A stretch of DNA of 55,336 nucleotides from Pseudomonadota bacterium (GTDB lineage: Bacteria > Pseudomonadota > Alphaproteobacteria > Acetobacterales > Acetobacteraceae), in NCBI GenBank assembly GCA_021847175.1, contig JAJZUI010000001.1:1-55336 (forward strand), in the 5' to 3' direction. Below are positions 45,726 through 54,668 of the stretch, in pieces. The notes below the pieces were generated by a model, which searched no databases, was not told the origin of the DNA, and saw only the letters and a list, made by a program, of their open reading frames with translations. Position 1 is the stretch's first letter. Every line of letters begins with the position of its first letter. Position numbers and translations under genes: made by a program.

Positions 45726-46693
45726 TTTTTTTCTCTGAATTTGAGCGCCGCCAGCCCGCTCCGATCATGCCGCCGCTCCTGTCCCGCCAGCCATCTTCCG
45801 CGCAGAAACCCCACTAGCTCGATCGCATGCAACTCCCCCGCGAACGCCATCGGATCGTCCCCCTGCGTCGCGCGCCAGAGCCGCAGCGCCATGCCCTCTG
45901 CCGCACGTCGCCACATCCAGCGAGGTACCCCCAGCAAGGAAGGACCGTCCGCGACATCGACCGCGTCGCGCGCGAACTTGCCGTCGTTGCGACCCGCGGT
46001 GTACACCCAGTAGCGGAAATAGCGCTTCGAGAGACGCCAGGCTGGAATGTCGTGGTGAATTATTAGGCCCGGAATATACGCGCCCACGAATCCGGCCCTG
46101 ATGATTCGTCGATACATCTCCAGGTCCTCGGCGTATGGATAACGGTCGGAATAGAGGCCAACCCGCTCGAAGACCTTGCGCCGCACAGCCGCATTGCCGC
46201 CCAGCAGATGCGTGGGACAATCCGGTCCCCCATAACGGAACGGCATCGTACCATAGTCGAACGCGCCGATCACACCGCCGAAGCCCGGCGGCAGCCAGGC
46301 CGGCCTCGGCGCCAGCCAGTTCGGCAGATACGGTCCGCCAACAAAATCGAGGCCCGGCTTCCCGAGTTCCCTAGCTACTACCTCGATCCAGCCCGCATCC
46401 ATCACCTCGTCATCGTCCACGAAGCCGACGACATCGGCACCTGATGCCCGAATGGCGGCATTGAGCGCATGATGCCTTCCCTGTTTGGGCTCGAACAGAG
46501 ATGCCACCCGCCCTGGATGCCGTTCGACATACGCCGCCAACGTTGCCTGCGTACCGTCACAGGAGTTGTTGTCGACGGCGACCAGTCGCGCCTCAACCCC
46601 TTCGGGGACCCGCGCCGCGAGAAACGTCTCGATCGCCCGCGGCAGCAGCCGCGCGCGATTGTAAGTCGGCAGGATCACATCGACCCGCATCAC
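45722..46693 (-). CDS. family 2 glycosyltransferase
   Basis: VDVILPTYNRARLLPRAIETF, VAVDNNSCDGT and a VDDDEV (DXD) motif. 323 aa and apparently intact. Start at GTG 46693 or ATG 46690. Confidence 0.85.
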   Translation of the reverse strand: MMRVDVILPTYNRARLLPRAIETFLAARVPEGVEARLVAVDNNSCDGTQATLAAYVERHPGRVASLFEPKQGRHHALNAAIRASGADVVGFVDDDEVMDAGWIEVVARELGKPGLDFVGGPYLPNWLAPRPAWLPPGFGGVIGAFDYGTMPFRYGGPDCPTHLLGGNAAVRRKVFERVGLYSDRYPYAEDLEMYRRIIRAGFVGAYIPGLIIHHDIPAWRLSKRYFRYWVYTAGRNDGKFARDAVDVADGPSLLGVPRWMWRRAAEGMALRLWRATQGDDPMAFAGELHAIELVGFLRGRWLAGQERRHDRSGLAALKFREKK

Positions 46694-46699
46694 GTTTGC

Positions 46700-46784
46700 G
46701 TCCCAATCCGAAAATTCGCATCCGCGCCATCTGCCCGCCGGCGAACAGCACCTCGTCGTCGGAATGCGAAACCACCATCATCAC
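46700..46784 (-). pseudogene. PIG-L/LmbE-family deacetylase N-terminal remnant
   Basis: VMMVVSHSDDEVLFAGGQMARM matches the PIG-L N-terminal HPDDE..GG motif region. Recognisable similarity ends after about 25 codons, and the frame runs into the GT2 gene start. Confidence 0.4.
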
Positions 46785-46846
46785 GTCCCGGCCAGCGAGC
46801 GGCTGCGTGCTGTCCGCCGGCACCGGTCTCGTGATGGCATCCGGCC

Positions 46847-47755
46847 CTACGGCCGGATGATCGTCCCGCCCCCGCCCTCCGTGAACAGCTCCAGCAGGCA
46901 CGCGTGCTTCTGCCGACCATCCAGGATCACCGCCCCCTTCACGCCCAGCTTCACCGCCTCGACGCATGTCTGCACCTTCGGAATCATGCCGCCCGATATC
47001 ACGCCGGAGACGATCGCGGCGTGAACTTCTGCAACCGTCATCTCGGGAATCAGACGCTTCTCGGTGTCCAGCACCCCCGGCACGTCCGTCAGCATCAGCA
47101 GCCGCATCGCCCCCAGCGCACCCGCCACCGCGCCCGCCACCGTGTCGGCGTTGATGTTATAGGTCTGCCCGTCCGCCCCCATGCCCACCGGCGCGATCAC
47201 CGGGATCAGGCCCGCGCCGGTCAAGGCATGGATCACCCGCACATCCACATGCTCCGGCTCGCCGACAAACCCGAGGTCGAGCACCTTCTCGATGTTGGAA
47301 CCGGGGTCGCGCACCTTGCGTTCCAGCTTGCGCGCGCGGATCAGACCGCCATCCTTGCCGCAGATCCCCACGGCCAGCGCGCCCGCGACGTTGATCAGCC
47401 CCGCCACCTGTTTGTTGACGGTGCCCGCCAGCACCATCTCCACCACCTCCACCATCGCCGCGTCGGTCACCCGCAACCCGTCGACGAAGGTGGACTGGAT
47501 CGCCAGCCGCTTCAGCATCGCGTTGATCTGCGGCCCGCCGCCATGCACCACCACGGGGTTGATCCCCACGTGCTTGAGCAACGCGATATCGCGCCCGAAG
47601 GACATCGCAAGGTCCTCCTCGCCCATGGCGTGCCCGCCATACTTCACCACCACCGTCGCCCCGGCGTAGCGGCGCAGGTACGGCAGCGCCCTGGCCAGCG
47701 TCTCGGCCCGTTCGGCCCCAAGCCGGGCGGCATCCTTGGTGGCATCGTTGCTCAT
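46847..47755 (-). CDS. argB: acetylglutamate kinase
   Basis: MSNDATKD...[28 protein letters not shown]. Start at residue 20 of the track ORF. Confidence 0.93.
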   Translation of the reverse strand: MSNDATKDAARLGAERAETLARALPYLRRYAGATVVVKYGGHAMGEEDLAMSFGRDIALLKHVGINPVVVHGGGPQINAMLKRLAIQSTFVDGLRVTDAAMVEVVEMVLAGTVNKQVAGLINVAGALAVGICGKDGGLIRARKLERKVRDPGSNIEKVLDLGFVGEPEHVDVRVIHALTGAGLIPVIAPVGMGADGQTYNINADTVAGAVAGALGAMRLLMLTDVPGVLDTEKRLIPEMTVAEVHAAIVSGVISGGMIPKVQTCVEAVKLGVKGAVILDGRQKHACLLELFTEGGGGTIIRP

Positions 47756-47883
47756 GCGTTCCCCCTCGGGCAAAGCCGTTCGTCGGCCGCGCGTATGCGG
47801 GCGAGCCCCCACCGGGTCAAGCCGAGCCCGGGGCAGGGCAGGGGCGCCGCACCGGCGGGGCCGCCCTCAGCCCGCCAGCGCCC

Positions 47884-48576
47884 TCACCCCGGCGCGGCGA
47901 ACGGCGCCAGCGCCGCCCGCAGCTCGGCGATGCCCTGTCCCGTCTCGCTGCTCGTCGCCAGCACCTCCGGGTGCGCCGCCGGCCGCCGGCGCGCCATCGC
48001 CCCCACCGCCTCGGCCTTCACCGCCAGCGCCGCGGGCCGTACCGCGTCCACCTTGGTGAGCACGATCTGGTACACCACCGCCGCCTGGTCGAGCAGGTCC
48101 ATCGCCGCCTCGTCCGCGGGCTTCACCTCCACCCGCGCATCCAGCAGCAGCATCACCCGCCGCAGCACCGTCCGCCCGCGCAGATACGCGAACATCAGCC
48201 CCTGCCAGTCCCGCTTCACCGCCTGCGCCGCCTCGGCATAGCCATAGCCGGGCATGTCCACGAGCATCAGCCGCCGCTCGACCTCGAAGAAGTTCAGCTG
48301 CTGCGTCCGCCCCGGCCGCGCGGAAATCCGCGCCAGCGCCTTCTGCCCCACCAGCGCGTTGAGCAGCGACGATTTCCCGACATTGGAGCGTCCGGCGAAC
48401 GCGATCTCCGGCAGCCCCGCCGGCGGCAGTCCGTCCAGCGTCTGCGCCGCCCACACGAAGCGGCACGGCCGTGAAAACAGAAGCCGTCCCGCCTCCAGCC
48501 AGTCTTCCTCGTCCCCGCTCAGGATCGCGCCGGCACGCGCGTCGCGGTCAGCCGCGTGGAGCGCATGATCCACCAC
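47884..48576 (-). CDS. engB: ribosome biogenesis GTP-binding protein YsxC/EngB
   Basis: AFAGRSNVGKSSLLNAL G1, DMPGYGY G3, TKVD G4. The conserved N-terminal EAGRLLF..C.FV lies upstream of any start located after the yidC stop. I therefore place the start at GTG 48576/48573, overlapping yidC by about 55 nt. The start is uncertain. Confidence 0.8.
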   Translation of the reverse strand: MVDHALHAADRDARAGAILSGDEEDWLEAGRLLFSRPCRFVWAAQTLDGLPPAGLPEIAFAGRSNVGKSSLLNALVGQKALARISARPGRTQQLNFFEVERRLMLVDMPGYGYAEAAQAVKRDWQGLMFAYLRGRTVLRRVMLLLDARVEVKPADEAAMDLLDQAAVVYQIVLTKVDAVRPAALAVKAEAVGAMARRRPAAHPEVLATSSETGQGIAELRAALAPFAAPG

Positions 48577-50297
48577 TGCTGCAGCATGGTCAGCAGGTTG
48601 TTGGTGGTCCAGTACAGCACGAGCCCCGCCGGGAACCGTGCCAGCATGAACATCATCAGCACCGGCATGAACTGCATCACCTTCGCCTGCGTCGGGTCCG
48701 GCGGCGGCGGGTTCATTTTCTGCTGCAGCCAGCTCGTTGCCCCCATGATCAGCGGCAGCGCGCCGAGGTGCAGCAGCGGCAGCAGCAGGCCGGGATGCAC
48801 CGGCAGCAGCCCGAACAGGTTGAAGACGTTGGTCGGGTCCTCGGCCGAGAGGTCGTGGATCCAGCCATAGAACGGTGCGTGCCGCATCTCGATGGTGACG
48901 TAGAGCACCTTGTAGAGCGAGAAGAAGATCGGGATCTGGATCAGCATCGGCAGACACCCGGAGGCCGGGTTCACCCCCTCGGCCTTGTACAGCGCCATCG
49001 TCTCGCGCTGCAGCACCTGCGGGTCGTCGCCATACACGTCCCGCAGCGCCTTCATCTTCGGCCCGAGCAGCTTCATCTTGCTCATCGACCGGTAGGAGTA
49101 GTTGGCGAGCGGGAAGAACAGCAGCTTGAGGCAGAACGTGAACAGGATGATCGCCAGCCCGAAGTTCCCGAGCAGCGTGTTCAGCCAGTCGAGCGCGAGG
49201 AAGAACGGCTTCGTAATGAAATAGAACCAGCCGAAATCCACCGCCTTGTCGAAATAGGGGATGTGCAGCGTCGACTGGTAATGGTCGAGCAGCGCCACCA
49301 CCTTCGCCCCCGCGAACACGTGCCCCACCGTCGCCGCGGACGCACCGGGCGCGACCGTCTGCGGGTTCTTCGCCAGGAACAGCGCCTGGTAGCTCACCCC
49401 CTTCGCCCCGGCCCCGCTCGCGCCGTTGGCGGCCGGTCCCTCATAGCGGTACTGCGCCAGCACCGGCGCCTTCTGGTCGGGGATCAGCGCCGTGAGCCAG
49501 TACTTGTCGGTGATGCCGTCCCACCCCCCGGTGGTGTCGAGGCTCAGCGCCACGCCATCCGTCTTGCCCTTGGCGTGGTTCTTGGAGCCCGCGTAGGTCA
49601 TCTCCTTAAGCGTGCCGTCCATCACGCCGGTGAAGCCCTCGTGCAGCAGATACGTGCCCAGCACCTGCGGCGTGTAGTCGCGCGAGATCCGCGACCACGG
49701 ATACAGCGTGACCGGCGCGGCGCCGCTGTTGCGCACGCTCTGCGTCACCGTGAACATGTAGTCGGCGTCGACCTTGAGCCCGATCGAGAACACCAGCCCC
49801 TGGCCGTTGTCCCAGGTGAGCGTGACCGGGTGCGAGGGCGACAGCGTGCCGCCGGAGCTCGTCCAAAGAGTGCTGGAATCCGGCAGCTTCACCGTCTCGC
49901 CCGGCGCGGCGCTCCAGCCGAACTGGATGTAGTAGGGCTTCGCCGTCCCCGCCGGTCGCAGCAGCGTCACCAGCGCCGAGTTGCGCTTGATCGTCTCGTG
50001 GTAGTCGCGCAGCACCAGGTGGTCGAGGCTGGCGCCGGTCAGGCTGATGCTGCCGAGCAGCCGCGGCGCGTCGATCGCCACCTTCGGCCCCGCGGCGGGC
50101 GCCGGCGCCGGCTGGCCCGTCCCCAGGGTCGCGGGACCTGTCGCCGGCCCGGGCGCCGTCCCCGGTGCACCCGTCACCGCGTGCGTCACGGCCGGCTCCG
50201 GCTTCGGCTGCGGCGCCGGATGCGGCAGCAGCAACTGGAAGCCGAGAATGATCGCGACCGAGATCGCGATCGCGAGCAGCATGCGTTTCTGGTCCAT
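48519..50297 (-). CDS. yidC: membrane protein insertase YidC
   Basis: MDQKRMLLAIAISVAIILGF start (residue 62 of the track ORF), a large periplasmic domain, and a 60-kDa IMP C-terminal core (GCLPMLIQIPIFFSLY). Confidence 0.94.
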   Translation of the reverse strand: MDQKRMLLAIAISVAIILGFQLLLPHPAPQPKPEPAVTHAVTGAPGTAPGPATGPATLGTGQPAPAPAAGPKVAIDAPRLLGSISLTGASLDHLVLRDYHETIKRNSALVTLLRPAGTAKPYYIQFGWSAAPGETVKLPDSSTLWTSSGGTLSPSHPVTLTWDNGQGLVFSIGLKVDADYMFTVTQSVRNSGAAPVTLYPWSRISRDYTPQVLGTYLLHEGFTGVMDGTLKEMTYAGSKNHAKGKTDGVALSLDTTGGWDGITDKYWLTALIPDQKAPVLAQYRYEGPAANGASGAGAKGVSYQALFLAKNPQTVAPGASAATVGHVFAGAKVVALLDHYQSTLHIPYFDKAVDFGWFYFITKPFFLALDWLNTLLGNFGLAIILFTFCLKLLFFPLANYSYRSMSKMKLLGPKMKALRDVYGDDPQVLQRETMALYKAEGVNPASGCLPMLIQIPIFFSLYKVLYVTIEMRHAPFYGWIHDLSAEDPTNVFNLFGLLPVHPGLLLPLLHLGALPLIMGATSWLQQKMNPPPPDPTQAKVMQFMPVLMMFMLARFPAGLVLYWTTNNLLTMLQQWWIMRSTRLTATRVPARS

Positions 50298-50557
50298 CAG
50301 CCTGTCGTCTTCGTCGTGCTCGAGGAAGGTGGGGTAGGGGCGGGCGGCGGATCGTATCCGCCGGCGGCGAGCGGGTGGCAACGCAGGATGCGCTTCGCCG
50401 CGAGCAGGCTGCCGCGCGCCGCGCCATGGCTCGCCAGCACGGCCATCGCGTAGTGCGAGCAGGAAGGCTCGTAGCGGCAATTGGCGCCGATCATCGGCCG
50501 CAGCGTCAGCTGGTACGTCCGCACCGCCCCGCGCAGAACCTTCGCCGCCGGGCTCAT
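50297..50557 (-). CDS. yidD: membrane protein insertion efficiency factor YidD
   Basis: YQLTLRPMIGANCRYEPSCSHYAMAVLASHG...RILRCHPL..GGYDP. The stop shares one base with the yidC ATG. Confidence 0.9.
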   Translation of the reverse strand: MSPAAKVLRGAVRTYQLTLRPMIGANCRYEPSCSHYAMAVLASHGAARGSLLAAKRILRCHPLAAGGYDPPPAPTPPSSSTTKTTG

Positions 50558-50910
50558 CGGCGCGTCGTCCCGGGCCGCCGGTCGAGCGCCCGCGTCAGTT
50601 CGGCGCAGAGGTCGGCGAAATCACGCCCGCGCGTGCCTTCGCGCCCGATCAGCACGATATCCATCCCCGGCCGCGGCGCCGTTCCCAGCACCAGACGGCC
50701 GGCCTCGCGCAGCCGCCGGCGCACGCGGTTGCGCGCCACGGCATTGCCCAGCTTCTTGGTCGCCGTGATCCCGAGCCGCGCCGGCGCATCGTCGCCACGG
50801 TCGAGCAGCTGCACCACCATTCCCGGCGAGGCCACGCGCAGCCCCTCGCGCGCGGCGCGGAGGAAATCGGCGCGACGCGGCATCGATGCGGGCCGCGAGA
50901 GCCGCGGCAT
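50554..50910 (-). CDS. rnpA: ribonuclease P protein component
   Basis: RRADFLRAAREG...GITATKKLGNAVARNRVRRRLRE. Start at ATG 50910 (alternative at 50883). The stop overlaps the yidD start. Confidence 0.88.
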   Translation of the reverse strand: MPRLSRPASMPRRADFLRAAREGLRVASPGMVVQLLDRGDDAPARLGITATKKLGNAVARNRVRRRLREAGRLVLGTAPRPGMDIVLIGREGTRGRDFADLCAELTRALDRRPGTTRR

Positions 50911-50935
50911 GATGGCTGGTCCGCCTGCGCGGCGC

Positions 50936-51070
50936 TCAGGCGCTGAGCCGCTTGCGGCCCTTGGCGCGCCGGTTGGCAAGCACCTTGCGGCCGCCGACCG
51001 TCGCCATGCGCGAGCGGAACCCATGCCGGCGCTTGCGGACGAGCTTCGAGGGTTGAAAGGTGCGCTTCAC
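50936..51070 (-). CDS. rpmH: 50S ribosomal protein L34
   Basis: (V)[43 protein letters not shown], 44 aa, GTG start. Confidence 0.93.
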   Translation of the reverse strand: MKRTFQPSKLVRKRRHGFRSRMATVGGRKVLANRRAKGRKRLSA

Positions 51071-51209
51071 GACCTGTCTCCGGGGGGCAAAATGGATGCG
51101 CGCCACCTTCCCGTCGTCCGGGGTGGCAGCGCGGCGGCGGCTGTATAGGGGCGGGGGCCTCGCCGCGTCAACCGATGGTCCGGCCGCGCAAATACCGCTA
51201 CAGGGAACC

Positions 51210-51398
51210 ATGCGCGCGCTTCGATTCTTCCCCCTGCTGCTGATCGCCGCGCTGCTCGCCGTCGCCCTGGCCTCGGGCGCGCGCATCCGGCCTTCCCCGG
51301 TCGCGCCGGCGGTCGTCTCCGCCGCCGGCGACTCCAGCCTCCTCTTCCTCTCGCTGCGCCGGCCGCTCGCCTTCGCCTTCCTCGCCCGCCGTGCCTGA
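51210..51398 (+). CDS. possible small membrane/leader protein (62 aa)
   Basis: [23 protein letters not shown] hydrophobic N-terminus and GC3-rich codons. The stop overlaps the GTG start of the next gene by 8 nt. No recognisable family. Confidence 0.3.
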   Translation: MRALRFFPLLLIAALLAVALASGARIRPSPVAPAVVSAAGDSSLLFLSLRRPLAFAFLARRA

Positions 51399-52845
51399 AC
51401 AAACCCCCGACATCGCCGTCATCGGCGCCACCCCCGCCGGCCAGGCCATCACCGCTGCCGCCGCCCAGCTCGGCCTCGCCGTCGCCCTGGTCGAGCGCGG
51501 CCGCATCGGCGCCGAGCCCCTCCACGCCGGCCCGCTGCCGCGCCAGGCCCTCCTCGCCGCCGCCCGCGCCGCGACCGCCGTGCGCGAGGCCGCGCGTTTC
51601 GGCCTCGCCGCCAGCCTCGCACCCACCGACTGGCCCGCCATCTGGACCCACGTCGACGCCACCATCGCCTCGCTCGCCCCCACCGCCGGCGCCGCCCGCC
51701 TGCGCGCCCTCGGTGCGGAGGTCATCGAGGGCCAGGCACGCTTCCTCGACCGCGACCGCCTCGCCATCCGCTGCGAGGCCGCCGAGCGCATCCTTCGCCC
51801 CCGCCGCATCGTCATCGCCACGGGCCGAACCCCCGCGCTCCCGCCCATTCCCGGCCTCGCTCCCATCCTCGCTCAAGAGGGGACCGGCGCCCTGACCGAG
51901 CCCGCCTACCTCGCCGCCCGTCCCGCCCCAGCCCACCTCCTCGTCCTCGGCGACACCGCCGCCGCGATCGAAATGGCCGACGCCCACGCCGCCCTCGGCG
52001 CCCACGTCACCCTGCTCATGCCCGGCCGCTTCGCCCCCGCGGAAGACCCGGAACTCGCCCTGGGCCTCGCGCTGGCCCTGCGCCGCCACGGCGTCGACAT
52101 CATCGAGCACGCCGACATCGCCCGCGCCGAACCTCCCGGCGCCGGAGGGGGCCCCGCGCTGATCCTCGCCGACGGACGCCGCCTCGCGGGCACGCACCTC
52201 CTCGTCGCCACCGGCACGGTACCCGACATCGCCGCCCTCGCCCCCGAGGCCGCGAACCTCGCCGTCACCCCACGCGGCATTGCCACCGACCGCTCGCTCC
52301 GCTGCCTCGGCAACCGCCGCGTCTTCGCCGCCGGCCCGGTCGCGGATCCCGAGGGCATCGGCCAGGACCACACCGCCGCCCGGCACGCCGGCGTCGTGCT
52401 GCGCCGCGCGCTGGGCCTGCCCGCGCGTCTCGCCGGCACGGCGCCGCGCGTGCTCTACACCTCCCCGGAACTCGCCCAGGCAGGCATGACGGAGGAACAG
52501 GCACGTGCCACCGGCCATGATGTCCGCGTCCTGCGCTGGCCGCTCGCGGACAACGACCGCGCGGTGGCGCAACGCCGCCCGGATGGCCTGGTGAAACTCG
52601 TCCTCTCCCGCCGCGGCCGCCTGCTCGGCGCCGGCCTCCTCGCCCCGCACGCCGGCGAAACCATCGGCCTGCTCACCCTCGCCATCGGCCGCCGCCTCGG
52701 CGCCGCCGCGCTCGCGGGCCTCGCCCTGCCGTACCCGACATACACCGAGGCCATCCAGCGCGCCGCCGCCATGAACGCCGCCAGTCTCGCCGCCAGCCCC
52801 TGGCTTCGCCGCGCGGTCAAACTCGGGATACGCCTGCCCCCATGA
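51391..52845 (+). CDS. class I pyridine nucleotide-disulfide oxidoreductase homologue lacking the redox-active CxxxxC (probable non-canonical or pseudo-enzyme)
   Basis: Overall dihydrolipoamide dehydrogenase/glutathione reductase-like layout (484 aa, dimerisation domain present). However, GGTCLNVGCIPSK reads [13 protein letters not shown], GxGxxG reads GATPAG, and the C-terminal HPTxxE reads YPTYTE. Confidence 0.75.
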   Translation: MPEQTPDIAVIGATPAGQAITAAAAQLGLAVALVERGRIGAEPLHAGPLPRQALLAAARAATAVREAARFGLAASLAPTDWPAIWTHVDATIASLAPTAGAARLRALGAEVIEGQARFLDRDRLAIRCEAAERILRPRRIVIATGRTPALPPIPGLAPILAQEGTGALTEPAYLAARPAPAHLLVLGDTAAAIEMADAHAALGAHVTLLMPGRFAPAEDPELALGLALALRRHGVDIIEHADIARAEPPGAGGGPALILADGRRLAGTHLLVATGTVPDIAALAPEAANLAVTPRGIATDRSLRCLGNRRVFAAGPVADPEGIGQDHTAARHAGVVLRRALGLPARLAGTAPRVLYTSPELAQAGMTEEQARATGHDVRVLRWPLADNDRAVAQRRPDGLVKLVLSRRGRLLGAGLLAPHAGETIGLLTLAIGRRLGAAALAGLALPYPTYTEAIQRAAAMNAASLAASPWLRRAVKLGIRLPP

Positions 52846-53786
52846 CAACCGCCACCACCATCGCCGTCGCCGTCCAGGGCGGCGGTGCCCACGGCGCGCT
52901 CGCCTGGGGCGTGCTCGACCGCCTGCTGGAGGACGGGCTCGCGATCGACCGTCTCTGCGGCGTCTCCTCCGGCGCCCTCACCGCCGCCATGCTCGCCCAA
53001 GGTCTTGCGAGGGGAGGGGGCCTCGCGAGGGGAGGGGGCGTGGCGAGGGCAGGGGGCGCCGAAGCCCGCCGCGCCATGCGCACCCTCTGGGAACGCATCG
53101 ACGCCATCCACACCTTCTCCCCCCTGCGCGGCCCGCTGCTGGAGCGCTGGCTGTTCGGCACCGACATCGGCGCCTCGCTCGCCTGGCAGGTCTCCCAGAC
53201 GGCGTTGGGCCTGTTCGGTGCCGCCCCCCTCAACCCGCTGGGCGCCAACCCGCTGCGCCCGCTCGTCGCCGAACTGCTGGACGCGAAATCCCTCACCGGC
53301 ACGCCCGCGCTCTCCATCGCCGCCACCGACGTCGAAACCGGCGAGGCCTGCCTCTGGCACGATGCCGACATCAGCGTGGAGAAGCTGCTCGCTTCCTGCT
53401 GCCTTCCGCTGGTGATGCCGCCCTGCGAGATCGAGGAGCGCATCTATTGGGACGGCGGCTTCTCCGGCAACCCGCCGCTCGCCCCGCTCCTGCAACCCGC
53501 GCCGCCCGACATCCTGATCGTCGTCCGCGCCCAGCCGCGTGTCCGTCGCGATATCGGAACGAACCCGATCGAGACCCTGGTCCGCCTCGCCGAGATCGCC
53601 GGCGAGCGGGTGCTCGCGACCGAGCTCGCCGCCCTCCCATCCACGGTGCGCATGATCGAGCTCGGCGCCGACGCGGCACTCGCCGGCCTGCCTTTCTCGA
53701 GCAAATTCACGCCGGAGGAAGGCCTGATCCCACGCCTCTTCGCCCGCGGCCGGGCGATTGCCACCGGCATCGCCGCCAGCCTATAG
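52842..53786 (+). CDS. patatin-like phospholipase
   Basis: Oxyanion GGGAHG, nucleophile elbow GVSSG, and catalytic Asp in WDGGFSGNPP. The ATG overlaps the upstream stop (ATGA). Confidence 0.88.
   Translation: MTTATTIAVAVQGGGAHGALAWGVLDRLLEDGLAIDRLCGVSSGALTAAMLAQGLARGGGLARGGGVARAGGAEARRAMRTLWERIDAIHTFSPLRGPLLERWLFGTDIGASLAWQVSQTALGLFGAAPLNPLGANPLRPLVAELLDAKSLTGTPALSIAATDVETGEACLWHDADISVEKLLASCCLPLVMPPCEIEERIYWDGGFSGNPPLAPLLQPAPPDILIVVRAQPRVRRDIGTNPIETLVRLAEIAGERVLATELAALPSTVRMIELGADAALAGLPFSSKFTPEEGLIPRLFARGRAIATGIAASL
53004..53057 (+). repeat. 3 x 18-bp in-frame tandem repeat inside the patatin gene (LARGGG LARGGG VARAGG)
   Basis: The three units are cttgcgaggggagggggc, ctcgcgaggggagggggc and gtggcgagggcagggggc, at 53004-53021, 53022-53039 and 53040-53057. 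Confidence 0.85.
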
Positions 53787-53793
53787 CCGCGCC

Positions 53794-54573
53794 ATGGCAA
53801 ACCGCATGTCGTCCTGGGACCCCACGCAATACCTGCGCTACGGCGGCGAGCGCCTGCGCCCGGCACTCGACCTCCTCGCCCGCATCGACGCCGAGGCGCC
53901 GGGGCATGTCGTGGATCTCGGTTGCGGCCCCGGCAACGTCTGCGTCCTCCTCAAGCGCCGCTGGCCTGGTGCCGACGTGCTCGGCATCGACGGCTCCGCC
54001 CCGATGCTGGAGCGTGCCCGCAAGGACGCCCCGGACTGCCGCTTCGAGCAGGCCGACATCGCCGCCTGGAACCCCGCGACGCCGCCGGACATCATCTACT
54101 CCAACGCCGCACTGCACTGGCTCGGCGACCACGCCACCCTGTTCCCGCGCCTGTTCCAGACGCTGGCCAAGGGCGGCACCATGGCCGTGCAGATGCCCGG
54201 CATGCACGCGGCCCCCATCCGCGCTCTCCAGCACGAGATCGCCGCGAGCGGCCCCTGGGCCGAAAAACTGAAGAACGTCGGCTCCGCCCCTCCCGTCCTC
54301 GACCTCACCGGCTACTACGACCTGCTGCGCCCCCTCGCGTCCTCGGTGGACCTCTGGGAAACCACCTACCTCCACCAACTCGCCGGCGAGGACGCCGCGG
54401 TGCAATGGGCCATGGGCACCTCCCTGCGCCCCTTCCTCGACCCGCTGGAGGAACCGCTCCGCTCCCAGTTCCTCGCCGCCTACACAAACGCCGTCCGCCC
54501 CCACTACCCACGCCGCCCGGACGGCGCCACGCTTTTACCCTTTCGCCGCCTCTTTCTGATCGCGACCAGATAA
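53794..54573 (+). CDS. tam: trans-aconitate 2-methyltransferase
   Basis: SWDPTQYLRYGGERLRPALDLLARI and VVDLGCGPGN SAM motif, NAALHWL. 259 aa from ATG 53794. Confidence 0.85.
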   Translation: MANRMSSWDPTQYLRYGGERLRPALDLLARIDAEAPGHVVDLGCGPGNVCVLLKRRWPGADVLGIDGSAPMLERARKDAPDCRFEQADIAAWNPATPPDIIYSNAALHWLGDHATLFPRLFQTLAKGGTMAVQMPGMHAAPIRALQHEIAASGPWAEKLKNVGSAPPVLDLTGYYDLLRPLASSVDLWETTYLHQLAGEDAAVQWAMGTSLRPFLDPLEEPLRSQFLAAYTNAVRPHYPRRPDGATLLPFRRLFLIATR

Positions 54574-54668
54574 CGGCGCCTCCCACGGCCCGATCCGGGC
54601 ACGACGCGCGCGCGCCGTTCCGCGCAAAACGGTTCACCTCGCGCGCGAAACCCTCCATAGTCCCCGGC

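Noticed and set aside
48520-48576. engB apparently lacking a canonical start codon after the yidC stop (only CTG/ATC available)
   Set aside because: In-frame GTG codons at 48576 and 48573 give a normal-length protein with a roughly 55-nt overlap of yidC. No unusual initiation needs to be invoked. The start simply remains uncertain.
50297-51390. Replication origin next to rpmH-rnpA-yidD-yidC
   Set aside because: There is no dnaA gene in the window. I found no TTATCCACA-like DnaA boxes or AT-rich unwinding element in the rpmH upstream spacer. Alphaproteobacterial origins are usually elsewhere.
51067-52848. 593-aa minus-strand ORF opposite the reductase-like gene
   Set aside because: Gly/Ala/Arg-rich shadow ORF. 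The plus-strand frame shows family-wide similarity.
53004-53057. CRISPR-like or minisatellite array
   Set aside because: It has only three directly abutting 18-bp units with no spacers, and it is in frame inside a coding sequence.
51391-53786. CBASS-like or other patatin-effector anti-phage system
   Set aside because: No cyclase, nucleotidyltransferase, sensor ATPase or other known defence partner is nearby. The genomic context is core housekeeping. It is kept only as an unexplained gene pair.
54605-54647. GC-rich nested palindrome (CGCGCGCG..CCGTT-N8-AACGG..CGCGCGCG) upstream of the CDF transporter, considered as a metal riboswitch or metalloregulator operator
   Set aside because: CG-repeat self-complementarity is trivial at this GC content. 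I see no resemblance to czcD/NiCo motifs or MerR/ArsR operators. It may simply be the tam terminator.
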